A stretch of DNA of 64,000 nt, from the NCBI GenBank assembly GCA_035995325.1, contig DASYKN010000055.1, positions 13,753 through 77,752 on the forward strand, given 5' to 3'. The notes beneath the pieces were generated by a model, which was not told where the DNA came from, made no database searches, and worked only from the letters and a program-made list of their open reading frames with translations. Shown in pieces: positions 26,657 to 35,147 of this stretch (position 1 is its first letter; every line of letters starts with the position of its first letter). Made by a program: the position numbers and the translations under genes. The stretch comes from Solirubrobacterales bacterium. GTDB lineage: Bacteria > Actinomycetota > Thermoleophilia > Solirubrobacterales > 70-9.

Positions 26657-27712
26657 ATGGCTGCGGTAAAGCTCGGGCTGATCGTCTCGCCGGCAATCGA
26701 CCAGCTGGCGGTGGACGAGCTGGCGGCCGACCTCGGCGCCGCTCTGGCCGAGCGCTACCCCGAGGTCGAGTGGGAGCTGGAGGTCCTCACCGACTTGTTG
26801 GCCGAGCCGCCGGCACACTTGACCGAACTCGTCTCCGCGGCCCGTCGCCTTCTGCTCGACGCCGACTGGGACCTGGCGGTGGCGGTCACCGAGCTGCCCC
26901 TGCGACTCGCTCACCGGACGTTGCTCAGCCATGCCAGCCGCACCCACGGCGTCGCGTTGGTCTCGCTACCGGCGCTCGGCGTCCTGAGGCGCCGCCGACG
27001 CCTCCACGACGTCGTCGCCGACGCGGTCGGGACGCTGGTTGGCGATCCGGTGCGCGGCCGCGCCTCCCAGTCCGCCGCCGCTCGGCTCGGAGTCGAGCGC
27101 CGCCTCGCCGAGCTGGCTGGCGAGGTCGACGACGGGGGCGCCGCCTACGTCGCCCGGGTGATCGGCGGCAACTTGCGGCTGTTGGCCGGGATGGTTGGCG
27201 CCAATCACCCCTGGCGGCTGGTCGGGCGGCTTTGGCGGGCGATGCTGGCGGCGGTTGCGGCTGTCGCCTTCGGCTTGATCCAGATCGAAGTCTGGAAAAT
27301 CGCCGCAACCCTCGGGCCGCTGCGACTGGCGCTCGCCGCCCTCGCCTCGATCGCCGCCGCCTCAGTGACGTTGATCGCCGGCCACCGCCTCTGGGAGCGC
27401 GCACCCGACCCTCGCGTGCGCGAGCAGGTGACGCTGTTCAACCTGGCGACCACCGCAACGGTCGTGTTCGGAATCATCGCGCTCTACTTCTTCGTGTTCG
27501 TCGCCAGCCTCGTTGCCGCCCTGCTGCTGATCGAACCGTCGCTTCTCTCGCAAGCGCTTGGGCGAGACACGGACGTCTGGGATTACGTGCGCCTCGCCTG
27601 GCTCTCGACCGCCCTGGGGACGATTGGCGGCGCCCTGGGGGCGACCTTGGAGACCGACGAGGCGGTCAGCGAGGCCGCCTACACGTACCGACCGACGAGC
27701 GCCCGCGAGTGA
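26657..27712 (+). CDS. Hypothetical integral membrane protein
   Basis: A soluble N-terminal half is followed by about four hydrophobic helices (WRAMLAAVAAVAFGLIQIEVW, LALAALASIAAASVTLIAG, VVFGIIALYFFVFVASLVAALLLI, WLSTALGTIGGALGA). Confidence 0.6.
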   Translation: MAAVKLGLIVSPAIDQLAVDELAADLGAALAERYPEVEWELEVLTDLLAEPPAHLTELVSAARRLLLDADWDLAVAVTELPLRLAHRTLLSHASRTHGVALVSLPALGVLRRRRRLHDVVADAVGTLVGDPVRGRASQSAAARLGVERRLAELAGEVDDGGAAYVARVIGGNLRLLAGMVGANHPWRLVGRLWRAMLAAVAAVAFGLIQIEVWKIAATLGPLRLALAALASIAAASVTLIAGHRLWERAPDPRVREQVTLFNLATTATVVFGIIALYFFVFVASLVAALLLIEPSLLSQALGRDTDVWDYVRLAWLSTALGTIGGALGATLETDEAVSEAAYTYRPTSARE

Positions 27713-27734
27713 TAGCGCGCCGATTCGAGCTGAG

Positions 27735-29162
27735 CTAGCCCAGGGCGTCGCGGATCGGCGCGTCGGCCGGCGTGATCGCGATCAGCTTGCGATTGGCGAA
27801 CTCGAGGATCCCGAGGTGGGAGAGCTCGCGCCCGAAGCCGGAGCGCTTGGCTCCGCCGAAGGGAAGGGTCGGCTCCGAGGCGGTCGGGTGGTTCACGAAG
27901 ACCATCCCGGCCTCGAGCCGGTCGGCCACCGCCTGGGTGCGCTCGCCGTCGCTGCCGAACACCGCCCCGCCGAGCCCGTACTGCGAGCCGTTGGCGAGGG
28001 CGATCGCCTGCTCGTCCGACTCGACCCGGTACACGGCAGCCACCGGACCGAACAGCTCCTCGTGGTAGGCGCGCATCTCAGGGGTGACGTCGACCAGGAT
28101 CGTCGGCTCGACGAAGGCGCCCGGCCGGTCGATGCGGCGGCCGCCGGTCACCACGCCGGCGCCCTTCTCGATCGCCTCGTCGACCTGCTCGATCGCCAGC
28201 TCGGCCGCCCGCTCGGAGGAGAGCGGCGCCAGCGTCGTCCTCTCGTCGAACGGGTCGCCGGGTTCGAGCTCGGCCATCCGTTCGGCAAGGCCGTCGAGGA
28301 AGTCTTGGAAGACGTCGGCCATCACGATCATCCGCTTGGCGCTGGTGCAGACCTGGCCCATGTTGTGCATCCGCCCGACGAACGCCGCCTCCACGGTGCG
28401 CTCGAGGTTGGCGCCGTCGAGGACGATGAAGGGGTCGCTACCACCGAGCTCGAGCACCGCCTTCTTGACGGCGCGCCCGGCCTCCTCGCCCAAGGCGGAG
28501 CCGGCCCGGTCGCTGCCGGTCAGCGAGCAGCCCTGCACGAGCGGGCTCTCGACCATCCGCGCGATGTCCTCCACCTCGACGAAGACGTTGGTGAAGACGC
28601 CCTCGGGAGCACCGGCATCTGCGAACAGCGCCTCGATCGCCAGGGCGGATTGGGGCACGCTCCGCGCGTGCTTGAGCAGGATCGTGTTGCCGAGCACCAG
28701 ATTCGGGGCGCTGATCCGGATCGCCTGGTAGGCGGGGAAGTTCCAAGGCTGCACGGTCAGCAGGACCCCGAGCGGCTCGGTGCGGATGAGCGCCGAGCCC
28801 TCGTCGTCCATCTCCAGCGGCTGATCGGCGATCTGCGCCGGGCCCTTCTGCGCGTAGTACTCGAGGATTCGGATCGTCAGGTCCAACTCCGCCCGGCTAT
28901 GGCGGATCAGCTTCCCCATCTCGAGCGTAATCGTCCGCGCCAGCTCCTCGTAGTGCTTCCGCATCAGCAGCGCCGCGCGCCCGACGATCCCGGCCCGCTC
29001 CGCCGCCCCCCGTTCTCGCCACGGCCCCGACGCGCGCTGGGCCCGCTCCATGACCCGATCGATCTCCTCGCCGCGCAGCGACGGGAACTCCCGCACGACC
29101 TCGTTGGTGTACGGGTTGACGGTCGCGAAGCTGCTGCGGGCGCCTGCCTTGGTATGAGCCAT
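27735..29162 (-). CDS. NAD(P)-dependent aldehyde dehydrogenase (succinate-semialdehyde dehydrogenase-like)
   Basis: [22 protein letters not shown] (catalytic Cys) and EELFGPV motifs. Start at the ATG at 29162. Confidence 0.9.
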   Translation of the reverse strand: MAHTKAGARSSFATVNPYTNEVVREFPSLRGEEIDRVMERAQRASGPWRERGAAERAGIVGRAALLMRKHYEELARTITLEMGKLIRHSRAELDLTIRILEYYAQKGPAQIADQPLEMDDEGSALIRTEPLGVLLTVQPWNFPAYQAIRISAPNLVLGNTILLKHARSVPQSALAIEALFADAGAPEGVFTNVFVEVEDIARMVESPLVQGCSLTGSDRAGSALGEEAGRAVKKAVLELGGSDPFIVLDGANLERTVEAAFVGRMHNMGQVCTSAKRMIVMADVFQDFLDGLAERMAELEPGDPFDERTTLAPLSSERAAELAIEQVDEAIEKGAGVVTGGRRIDRPGAFVEPTILVDVTPEMRAYHEELFGPVAAVYRVESDEQAIALANGSQYGLGGAVFGSDGERTQAVADRLEAGMVFVNHPTASEPTLPFGGAKRSGFGRELSHLGILEFANRKLIAITPADAPIRDALG

Positions 29163-29213
29163 CGTCAGGGGCGTTGGTAGGCCACTCGCGCCGCCGGTCA
29201 ACCGCTGCGCCTC

Positions 29214-29777
29214 CTACGCCCGCAGCGCGGAGATGTCGATTCGCACCGCAACCTGCTCGCCGACCAGCAGCCCGCCGCCGACAAGCGACTGCTGCCAGGT
29301 GAGACCGAACTCGGTCCGGTCGATCGAGCCGCGGACCGCGACGCCGACGCGATCGTTGCCCCAGGGGTCGACGGCTGCGCCTTCGACGTTGGCCTCAACC
29401 TGGATCTCGCGGGTGACGTCCTTGATCGTCAGGTTGCCGGTGACCCGGTAGCTCCCGAGCACGACGTGCTCGATCGCGGTCGACTCGAACGTGATCGACG
29501 GCCAGCGCTCGGCGTCGAAGAAGTCCGGCCCCAGAAGGTGTTCATCGCGGTCGGCGTTGTTGGTGTCGATCGAGGCGACCTGGACGCTGCCCCAGACCCG
29601 CGAGTCGTGGTAGTCCTCGGCCGCCTCCAGCGTCCCCTCGTACTGTTTGAAGTGGCCGCGGACGGTGGAGATCATCATGTGCTTAACCTCGAAGCCGACG
29701 CTGGAGTGGATCGGGTCGACCCTCCAGGTACCGGTCGGCACCCGCACGATTCCCTGTTCGGTCTGCAGCTGGGTCAT
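29214..29777 (-). CDS. YceI family periplasmic polyisoprenoid-binding-like protein
   Basis: WRVDPIHSSVGFEVKHMMISTVRGHF...DTNNADRDEHL...LTIKDVTREI. Confidence 0.85.
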   Translation of the reverse strand: MTQLQTEQGIVRVPTGTWRVDPIHSSVGFEVKHMMISTVRGHFKQYEGTLEAAEDYHDSRVWGSVQVASIDTNNADRDEHLLGPDFFDAERWPSITFESTAIEHVVLGSYRVTGNLTIKDVTREIQVEANVEGAAVDPWGNDRVGVAVRGSIDRTEFGLTWQQSLVGGGLLVGEQVAVRIDISALRA

Positions 29778-29925
29778 TGGAGTTGCTCCTTGTCGGTTAG
29801 GTACTCGTACCGCCGTTCCGCAACGTCCCTCGCCGACCGGGGGCGACGCAAACGATCGCTGCGTAGGGCGCCCATGTTGCTTTTCCGGTAGGCCGCCGCG
29901 GCGCTTCTGTCAACGGGCGGAATCG

Positions 29926-30099
29926 ACGGGAATCGGCGTCAATCCCCGCATATCCAGGCCATTTCGGGAACTAGTTCCCGAAATGCGGGGATAGGAGGCG
30001 ATGGTTAAGTTTCCCCCTGGAGAGCGAAGCTGCCCGTTTGCAGGGGGTGTGGGTAAGTGGAGCTAGGCGGATTCGAACCGCCGACCTCCTGGGTGCGAT
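29926..30099. repeat. Repeat copy C: full flank F (132 nt) plus a 42-nt 3' fragment of tRNA-Ala(CGC)
   Basis: Near-identical by eye to 35919-36093. Contains the 24-bp perfect palindrome ATTTCGGGAACTAGTTCCCGAAAT at 29961-29984. Confidence 0.9.
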
Positions 30100-30198
30100 T
30101 CAAGGTGGCAGGCTAGGATTTCTACTTCAATAAAGCGCTTCTTTACAGGGAATTTCTAGTCCTATGCCGGGAGCATCGAGCGACGATTCTCGCGCCAA

Positions 30199-30261
30199 AT
30201 ATGCGCGGATATGCGGCGATGTGATCCGAGTCGGGAACTTCTAGCGAGAAGTTCCCGAAAT
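30199..30261. repeat. Conserved cassette-proximal block with an interrupted palindrome
   Basis: atatgcgcggatatgcggcgatgtgatccgagTCGGGAACTTctagcgagAAGTTCCCGAaat. This is the paralogue of 15020-15082. Confidence 0.85.
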
Positions 30262-30332
30262 CGCAGAGGCCGGTTCAAGACTTCCGAGCGGCCGGCGAGA
30301 GTCGACTCAGCCTGTCGCGCTCTTACGCATGA

Positions 30333-32690
30333 CTAAACAACGCCGTCGGACTCCCCGGTGAGCAGCCACTCCCGCAGGTCCACCAAGAAGGCGTAGTCCT
30401 CTTCGCTGATCGCGCCTCCGTGGGAGACTTCGTTTCGGATCGGGTTGAGACGCTTGATCCAGTCCAGGCGGTTTTTCCAGGTACCGGAGAGATCCTCGTC
30501 TTCGGGTCGCGTGTAGCGAGCGGCGAAGCGGCTTTCCCAGACCGCGTTGGTGCAGGACTTGATCACCTCGTAGTAGTCGACGATGTACATCATGTCCCAG
30601 CCGCCCACCTGTTCTGACGGGTCGAGGTCGAGGTTCTTCTCAATCGCCCGCTCGGCGCTCTCCTTGCGGACCTTGCGCGGGATCCCGAGGCGTTCCCAGT
30701 CTTTGCCGTGCTCGTCCTCGAGCCGCTCGCGGATGTCCTTCTTGAAGAAGGCCTCAAGGTCGCCGACGATCTCCCGGGCCTGGTTGGTGTACTGCTTGTC
30801 CTGGGCTTTTTCCCACTCATCGAGGCCCGGGGCTTTGAAGTTGGGCCGCGCCGCGCGCACCGCCTGCTGGAGCTTTCGATAGTACTTCGAGCCGGCGCCC
30901 GAGCCGTAGTTCGTGCGGTATTCGACGCCCTCCTCGCGGCTCAGCCCCTCGAGGTGGTCTACCAGCGAGTCCAGGTAGGGGCGACAGGCCTCGACCATTT
31001 CCCCGGTGCTGGTGCTGAGTGGATTAACTCCCTCGTCCTCGATCACGGTTTCGACGATGTCGCTGAGCACCCGCAGGAGCGCCTCAACCCCGTTATTCAT
31101 GAAGACGAAGCCGCCCTCGGCGCTGCCGTACTGCCATTGCGCGGGCAGCCCCTCTTTGAGGATCTCGAAGCTGGCCTCGAGGAACGGCGTTAGGAGGTCG
31201 GCGGTCGGCTGGTTGTCACCTGCGTAGAAGGTGCCCACCTTTTTCGCACCCGCTTTCGTGAAGCTGCCGATGAAGTTTCCGCGCCGCAGACCGTTGTCGA
31301 TCGCGTCGATCGTGATCGACCTCGTGTGCGTTTTGGCGTTCTCACCGATGATCATCCGGTCAAAGAGCGGCGAGGACTTCTGCTCGCCGAGGTGCTGGGC
31401 GATCCTCAGGCGCAGGGCCTTTGCGCGCTGGCGGTAGTCGTCTGAAGCCCAGAGCAGGTCCGAGTTCAGCGTGTTCCGCAGGTTCTTGGGAACCGCCTGC
31501 TGGTTCTCGTTGATCTGCATGAAGAGGCGAACCTGCTCCTCTCTCGGCAGGTCGACGAAGGCGACGACCGGGACCAGGTCGGTCTCGGTCCGGCTTGAGT
31601 CGGCGTACCCGTAGAGGCGATGCTGTCCGTCGATGACGTAGGCGGCCCGATAGGTCTGCGGCAGGTGCAGGAGCCCAATTTTCGAGGGCCCGGGCGATTT
31701 CGGAGCGAGGTCGAACTGCAGCCCACCTCTCCTTTTCCCGGTTTCGATGTTGAGGATGATCGAGTTCGGGAAGAAGCCACCCCCCTCGACGAACTCGGCG
31801 ACCTTTCTCAGGCGCGATTTCTTGATCAGCCGCTGATAGGTGGGCATCAGCGCGCTGTTGGCTTGGTTTCGGTGCAGCACGTAGGACATCTTCAGCAGGC
31901 GCGCGGGCTCGATCGCGAAGGAGAAGTAGGTGTAACCGCCCATCGAGCCGCGGATCGCCGGCACTTCCGGCTCGAGGTTCGGGATCCTCGTCCCGGCGAA
32001 CAACGCGCCGAGCAGCTGGTATTTCGCGGCGGCCCCCAGGTGCTCTGCCAGCCGCAGGTAGTACTCGACCGTGTCCTCGTCGACGTGGAAGATTTGGGCG
32101 CCCTCGACACGCTCTTTGACCTGCGCGGAGAGGGTGTAGTTGTTAGTCGCGAGCAGGAAGCGGATCTTGTGGTCGGGGTACTCTTCTTTAACCCGCCGGA
32201 CGATCCCCTGCCGCCGTCCCGAGATCGCCTCGACCTCCTTCTTGAACTGCCCGGGGCGGATCGTCTCAGAGGATTTGCACTCGATCAGCAGCACTGACTC
32301 CTCATCGGCCGCGAATACGTCGATTTGCTGCTTTGCGCTCGCCGCCGCCCCGTAGCTCAGCTTGAAAGAGCCGTCGCGATTCAGGTGCGGGAACTGCAGC
32401 TGCGCGCACATCGCCCAGACGCGGTCCTCGAAGGCTCGCTCGTGGCGCTTCTCGCGCCGCATTTTGGTCCGGATTTTCAGCTCCTTCTCGACAACCCAGC
32501 CGTCGGCTTCGTAGGCCTCGACCTTCGCCTTCGAAATCGTCTCGAAGGCGTGGGGCAGAAGCCGCTTCCGCGTCTCGCCTTTGATTTTGTTGAACGCCAG
32601 GAGGTGATCGCTGATTGCCTCCCCGGGAACCCAGATCGCCTTCGTCTCCGTTTTCGCGTTTGCCTCCGCTTCCGTCTCGGCCCTCGCCAT
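30333..32690 (-). CDS. Three-domain protein: N-terminal PD-(D/E)xK nuclease-like, central DGQHR (DndB/ParB-like) and C-terminal HEPN (Rx4H) domains
   Basis: QQIDVFAADEESVLLIECKSS (D...ExK). AYVIDGQHRLYGY and FMQINENQQAV (DGQHR/DndB signatures). C-terminal LNPIRNEVSHGG (HEPN R-x4-H). The start codon shares one base with the MTase stop (TGATG). Confidence 0.75.
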   Translation of the reverse strand: MARAETEAEANAKTETKAIWVPGEAISDHLLAFNKIKGETRKRLLPHAFETISKAKVEAYEADGWVVEKELKIRTKMRREKRHERAFEDRVWAMCAQLQFPHLNRDGSFKLSYGAAASAKQQIDVFAADEESVLLIECKSSETIRPGQFKKEVEAISGRRQGIVRRVKEEYPDHKIRFLLATNNYTLSAQVKERVEGAQIFHVDEDTVEYYLRLAEHLGAAAKYQLLGALFAGTRIPNLEPEVPAIRGSMGGYTYFSFAIEPARLLKMSYVLHRNQANSALMPTYQRLIKKSRLRKVAEFVEGGGFFPNSIILNIETGKRRGGLQFDLAPKSPGPSKIGLLHLPQTYRAAYVIDGQHRLYGYADSSRTETDLVPVVAFVDLPREEQVRLFMQINENQQAVPKNLRNTLNSDLLWASDDYRQRAKALRLRIAQHLGEQKSSPLFDRMIIGENAKTHTRSITIDAIDNGLRRGNFIGSFTKAGAKKVGTFYAGDNQPTADLLTPFLEASFEILKEGLPAQWQYGSAEGGFVFMNNGVEALLRVLSDIVETVIEDEGVNPLSTSTGEMVEACRPYLDSLVDHLEGLSREEGVEYRTNYGSGAGSKYYRKLQQAVRAARPNFKAPGLDEWEKAQDKQYTNQAREIVGDLEAFFKKDIRERLEDEHGKDWERLGIPRKVRKESAERAIEKNLDLDPSEQVGGWDMMYIVDYYEVIKSCTNAVWESRFAARYTRPEDEDLSGTWKNRLDWIKRLNPIRNEVSHGGAISEEDYAFLVDLREWLLTGESDGVV

Positions 32691-33532
32691 CAGCCGGCCG
32701 TCTCCAGGTTCGTGAAAAGAAGCTCTTTCGCGCTGCCCCGTATTGCGTTCGCTCCCCCCACCGAGTTGCGTCGGCTGGTCTTGATCACCGAGTCACCCTT
32801 GTCGAACAGCTCGATGATCGAGTCGTGCGCCGCGTTGGCGAGGATGTAGTGGGCGTCGCGCTCCTTGATCTCATCAACTAGCTTGCTGAGGCGGCGCTGG
32901 TCCTCAAAGGAAAAAAGCCGCTGGTTGTACTTCACGAATCCGTTTTCATTGTGGGCGACCGTGTAGGGGGGGTCGAGGAAGACCAAGTCCCCGGCGCCTA
33001 CCCGGTCGATGCACTTGGCGAAGTCGCTGGCTTTCAGGGTGGCCTGCTCCAGTCGAGAGGCCACCGCCCGCAGCTGCTCTGCGGTAGGGATGTGGGCGAT
33101 CCGCTCGCCGCCAAAGGGCACGTTGTAGGTCCCTGCCAGGTTGACGCGGTAGATGCCGTTGAACGAGGTGTGGTTCAGGTAGAGGAAGCGAGCGGCGCTC
33201 TCGATCAACCCGCCCGGAACCGATGCCCTGACCTTGTAGTAGGTCTCTTCATCGCGGGCGTACGCCCGGGCTTTGTTGGCGACCCGGGTCGGGTGATCCC
33301 TGATCGCCTCGAAGGCGGAGATCAGCTCCACGTTGGTATCGCTGAGGTGAGCTTTCGAGAACGGGCCCAGAGCCAGAAAAACCGAGGCGCCGCCCAGGAA
33401 GGGCTCGTGATAGGCGGCGATCTCGGTCTCGCCGACCAGCTTTCTTAGCTTCGGGATCAGCCACCGCTTGCCGCCGACCCACCGCAGCGGCGAGGCCACC
33501 GACGCAGTCGTCTCGCTCGCCCCCGTCGTCAC
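32690..33532 (-). CDS. Dam-like (D12 class) N6-adenine DNA methyltransferase
   Basis: PLRWVGGKRWL, HEPFLGGASVF (motif I) and VFLDPPYTV (motif IV, DPPY). GTG start at 33532 chosen inside ORF 32690..33637 (alternative at 33541). Confidence 0.85.
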   Translation of the reverse strand: MTTGASETTASVASPLRWVGGKRWLIPKLRKLVGETEIAAYHEPFLGGASVFLALGPFSKAHLSDTNVELISAFEAIRDHPTRVANKARAYARDEETYYKVRASVPGGLIESAARFLYLNHTSFNGIYRVNLAGTYNVPFGGERIAHIPTAEQLRAVASRLEQATLKASDFAKCIDRVGAGDLVFLDPPYTVAHNENGFVKYNQRLFSFEDQRRLSKLVDEIKERDAHYILANAAHDSIIELFDKGDSVIKTSRRNSVGGANAIRGSAKELLFTNLETAG

Positions 33533-33645
33533 CGGTGCAACCCTATCGTCGTGAGTTGTACGTCGTAAGTGCCGTCCATTACTCAGATGGAACCGCGTAC
33601 GTGGCAAACGCGGCCCCGGTGAGTGACAGGGAGGCACCGAGGATC

Positions 33646-33762
33646 ATCGACGGTCGTTGGCTGCTCGGCCCGCCGGCAGGCGATGGTGGGATGTCCGAGG
33701 TCTACCGTGCCACCGACATCGATCACGAGTACGGGCCGCTGGCGCTGAAGCTCCTGCCGGCC
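33646..33762 (+). pseudogene. Ser/Thr protein kinase N-terminal fragment (remnant)
   Basis: IDGRWLLGPPAGDGGMSEVYRATDIDHEYGPLALKLLPA resembles a Gly-rich loop plus the VAIK-type lysine region. No catalytic-loop motifs follow in any frame. Confidence 0.3.
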
Positions 33763-33929
33763 CCGCGTCAGGAGGGACCGGTGGGCGGTCAAGGAGCTGG
33801 TCGATGGGGTCTGCCACTTCGTCGAGCTCGCGGAGCCAGTCGACTAGGCCGAGCGGAGTGGTCGTCGCGGCCATCGCGACGCCTTCCGGGATGATCTGCC
33901 GTTAATTGGTTCATCCAAGGATGAAGACA

Positions 33930-34019
33930 AGGCATTCCGGCGTCAATCGTGAAGCCGTCTTTTGCGGGAGGCTTGAGTGGAGCTAGGCGGATTCGAACCG
34001 CCGACCTCCTGGGTGCGAT
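33930..34019. repeat. Repeat copy D: internally deleted flank F (about 48 nt) plus a 42-nt tRNA-Ala(CGC) 3' fragment
   Basis: ggcattccggcgtcaatcg...gaagccgtcttttgcgggaggcttgag followed by tggagctaggcggattcgaaccgccgacctcctgggtgcgat. Confidence 0.85.
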
Positions 34020-34231
34020 TCGGGTGGCGTCTAGGAACTTCCTCATCGCCCTGATGATCGGGCGCGACGACGATCCACTTCTAGCAACGCTGCCAGGGAT
34101 CGGACGCTGGTATGTGGACGTCGCTCGCCCGTGGGTCTGTTGAGACTTCCCGCAAACAGGGGGTCGTCCGCTCAGATCTAGATTATCCAGGCGCTACCTT
34201 TCGTCCTGTGACGAGGCTAAGATACGAACAT

Positions 34232-35137
34232 ATGTTCGATAAAGAGACGCTTGTGAGCACTAGGGAGCGCGCGGCGATACTCGCGCTGATGGCGCGGCGG
34301 AAAGTCGAGTGGAACCGTCTCGCCGGCGCCATCGAGGAGGCGGGAAGCGCCCTCGCCTTGCTCGGAAAGATGGACGCAAGTCAAGACGCCCGTCTGTTCG
34401 AGGTTGAAACAGCCCAGGTGACCCTGGATCAGCTCGAGGAACGCGTGATCTCCTACGAACACGAAGGCATCCGGCTGATAACCGTCCTCGATGCCAGCTA
34501 TCCGATGAATCTGCGGATGGTCCACGATCGGCCCCCGGCACTCTTTGTTCGAGGCGAGCTGAGTCCAGCCGACGAGCGCTCTGCAGCGGTGGTCGGCAGT
34601 CGCAAAGCCTCACCGGAGGGGCTCGAAAAGGCCTCCGAGATCGTGCGAGATCTCGTTGCCCATGACTACGTCGTCTTCAGTGGTCTTGCCGCTGGCATAG
34701 ATACCGCCGCTCATGAGGCCGCCTTGGCGGCGGGGGGGCGCACGGTGGCAGTCATCGGCACCGGCCTGCGACACCACTTCCCGAAGCAGAACGCGGATCT
34801 GCAGGATCGACTTTGCCGGGAGAGCGCGGTCGTTTCCCAGTTCTGGCCGGGTCAAGAACCGCGGCGCTGGACGTTTCCCCAGAGGAACGCCGTGATGTCT
34901 GGTCTGGCCCGCGCCACCATCGTCGTTGAGGCCGGTAACAAGAGTGGGGCGCGCATGCAGGCTCGGTTGGCGATCGAGCACGGACGACCTGTCTTCCTGC
35001 TGCGCTCGCTATTGCGCCATCAGTGGGCACAGACGTACGCCAGTGAGCGGCCCGGTACCTATGTCGTGGAGACGGGCGAAGAGATTTTGCGGCACCTTGA
35101 GCGGCTTTACGCCGACGAGCTCGTCCTCACCGCTTAA
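34232..35137 (+). CDS. DprA/Smf-like (SLOG superfamily) protein
   Basis: AVVGSRKASPEGLEKA...VVFSGLAAGIDTAAHEAAL...TVAVIGTGL...FPQRNAVMSGLARATIVVEAGNKSGA is the DprA Rossmann core. Start at the ATG at 34232. Confidence 0.8.
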   Translation: MFDKETLVSTRERAAILALMARRKVEWNRLAGAIEEAGSALALLGKMDASQDARLFEVETAQVTLDQLEERVISYEHEGIRLITVLDASYPMNLRMVHDRPPALFVRGELSPADERSAAVVGSRKASPEGLEKASEIVRDLVAHDYVVFSGLAAGIDTAAHEAALAAGGRTVAVIGTGLRHHFPKQNADLQDRLCRESAVVSQFWPGQEPRRWTFPQRNAVMSGLARATIVVEAGNKSGARMQARLAIEHGRPVFLLRSLLRHQWAQTYASERPGTYVVETGEEILRHLERLYADELVLTA

Positions 35138-35147
35138 TCTCTAGCCG

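Larger units (their letters stand above)
30058..33977. mobile_element. Cassette 2 (tRNA-fragment-bounded, no recombinase gene): Dam-like MTase plus PD-(D/E)xK-DGQHR-HEPN protein, with a kinase gene fragment
   Basis: Lies between repeat copies C and D. Visibly lower G+C. Its left end is homologous to the cassette 1 left end. Confidence 0.5.

Noticed and set aside
33644-33874. The minus-strand ORF MAATTTPLGLVDWLRELDEVADPIDQLLD..., considered as a small cassette gene.
   Set aside because: Only the first 30 or so codons look protein-like. The remainder is Arg/Pro/Ala shadow of the opposite strand, and there is no RBS or recognisable motif. It is left unannotated.
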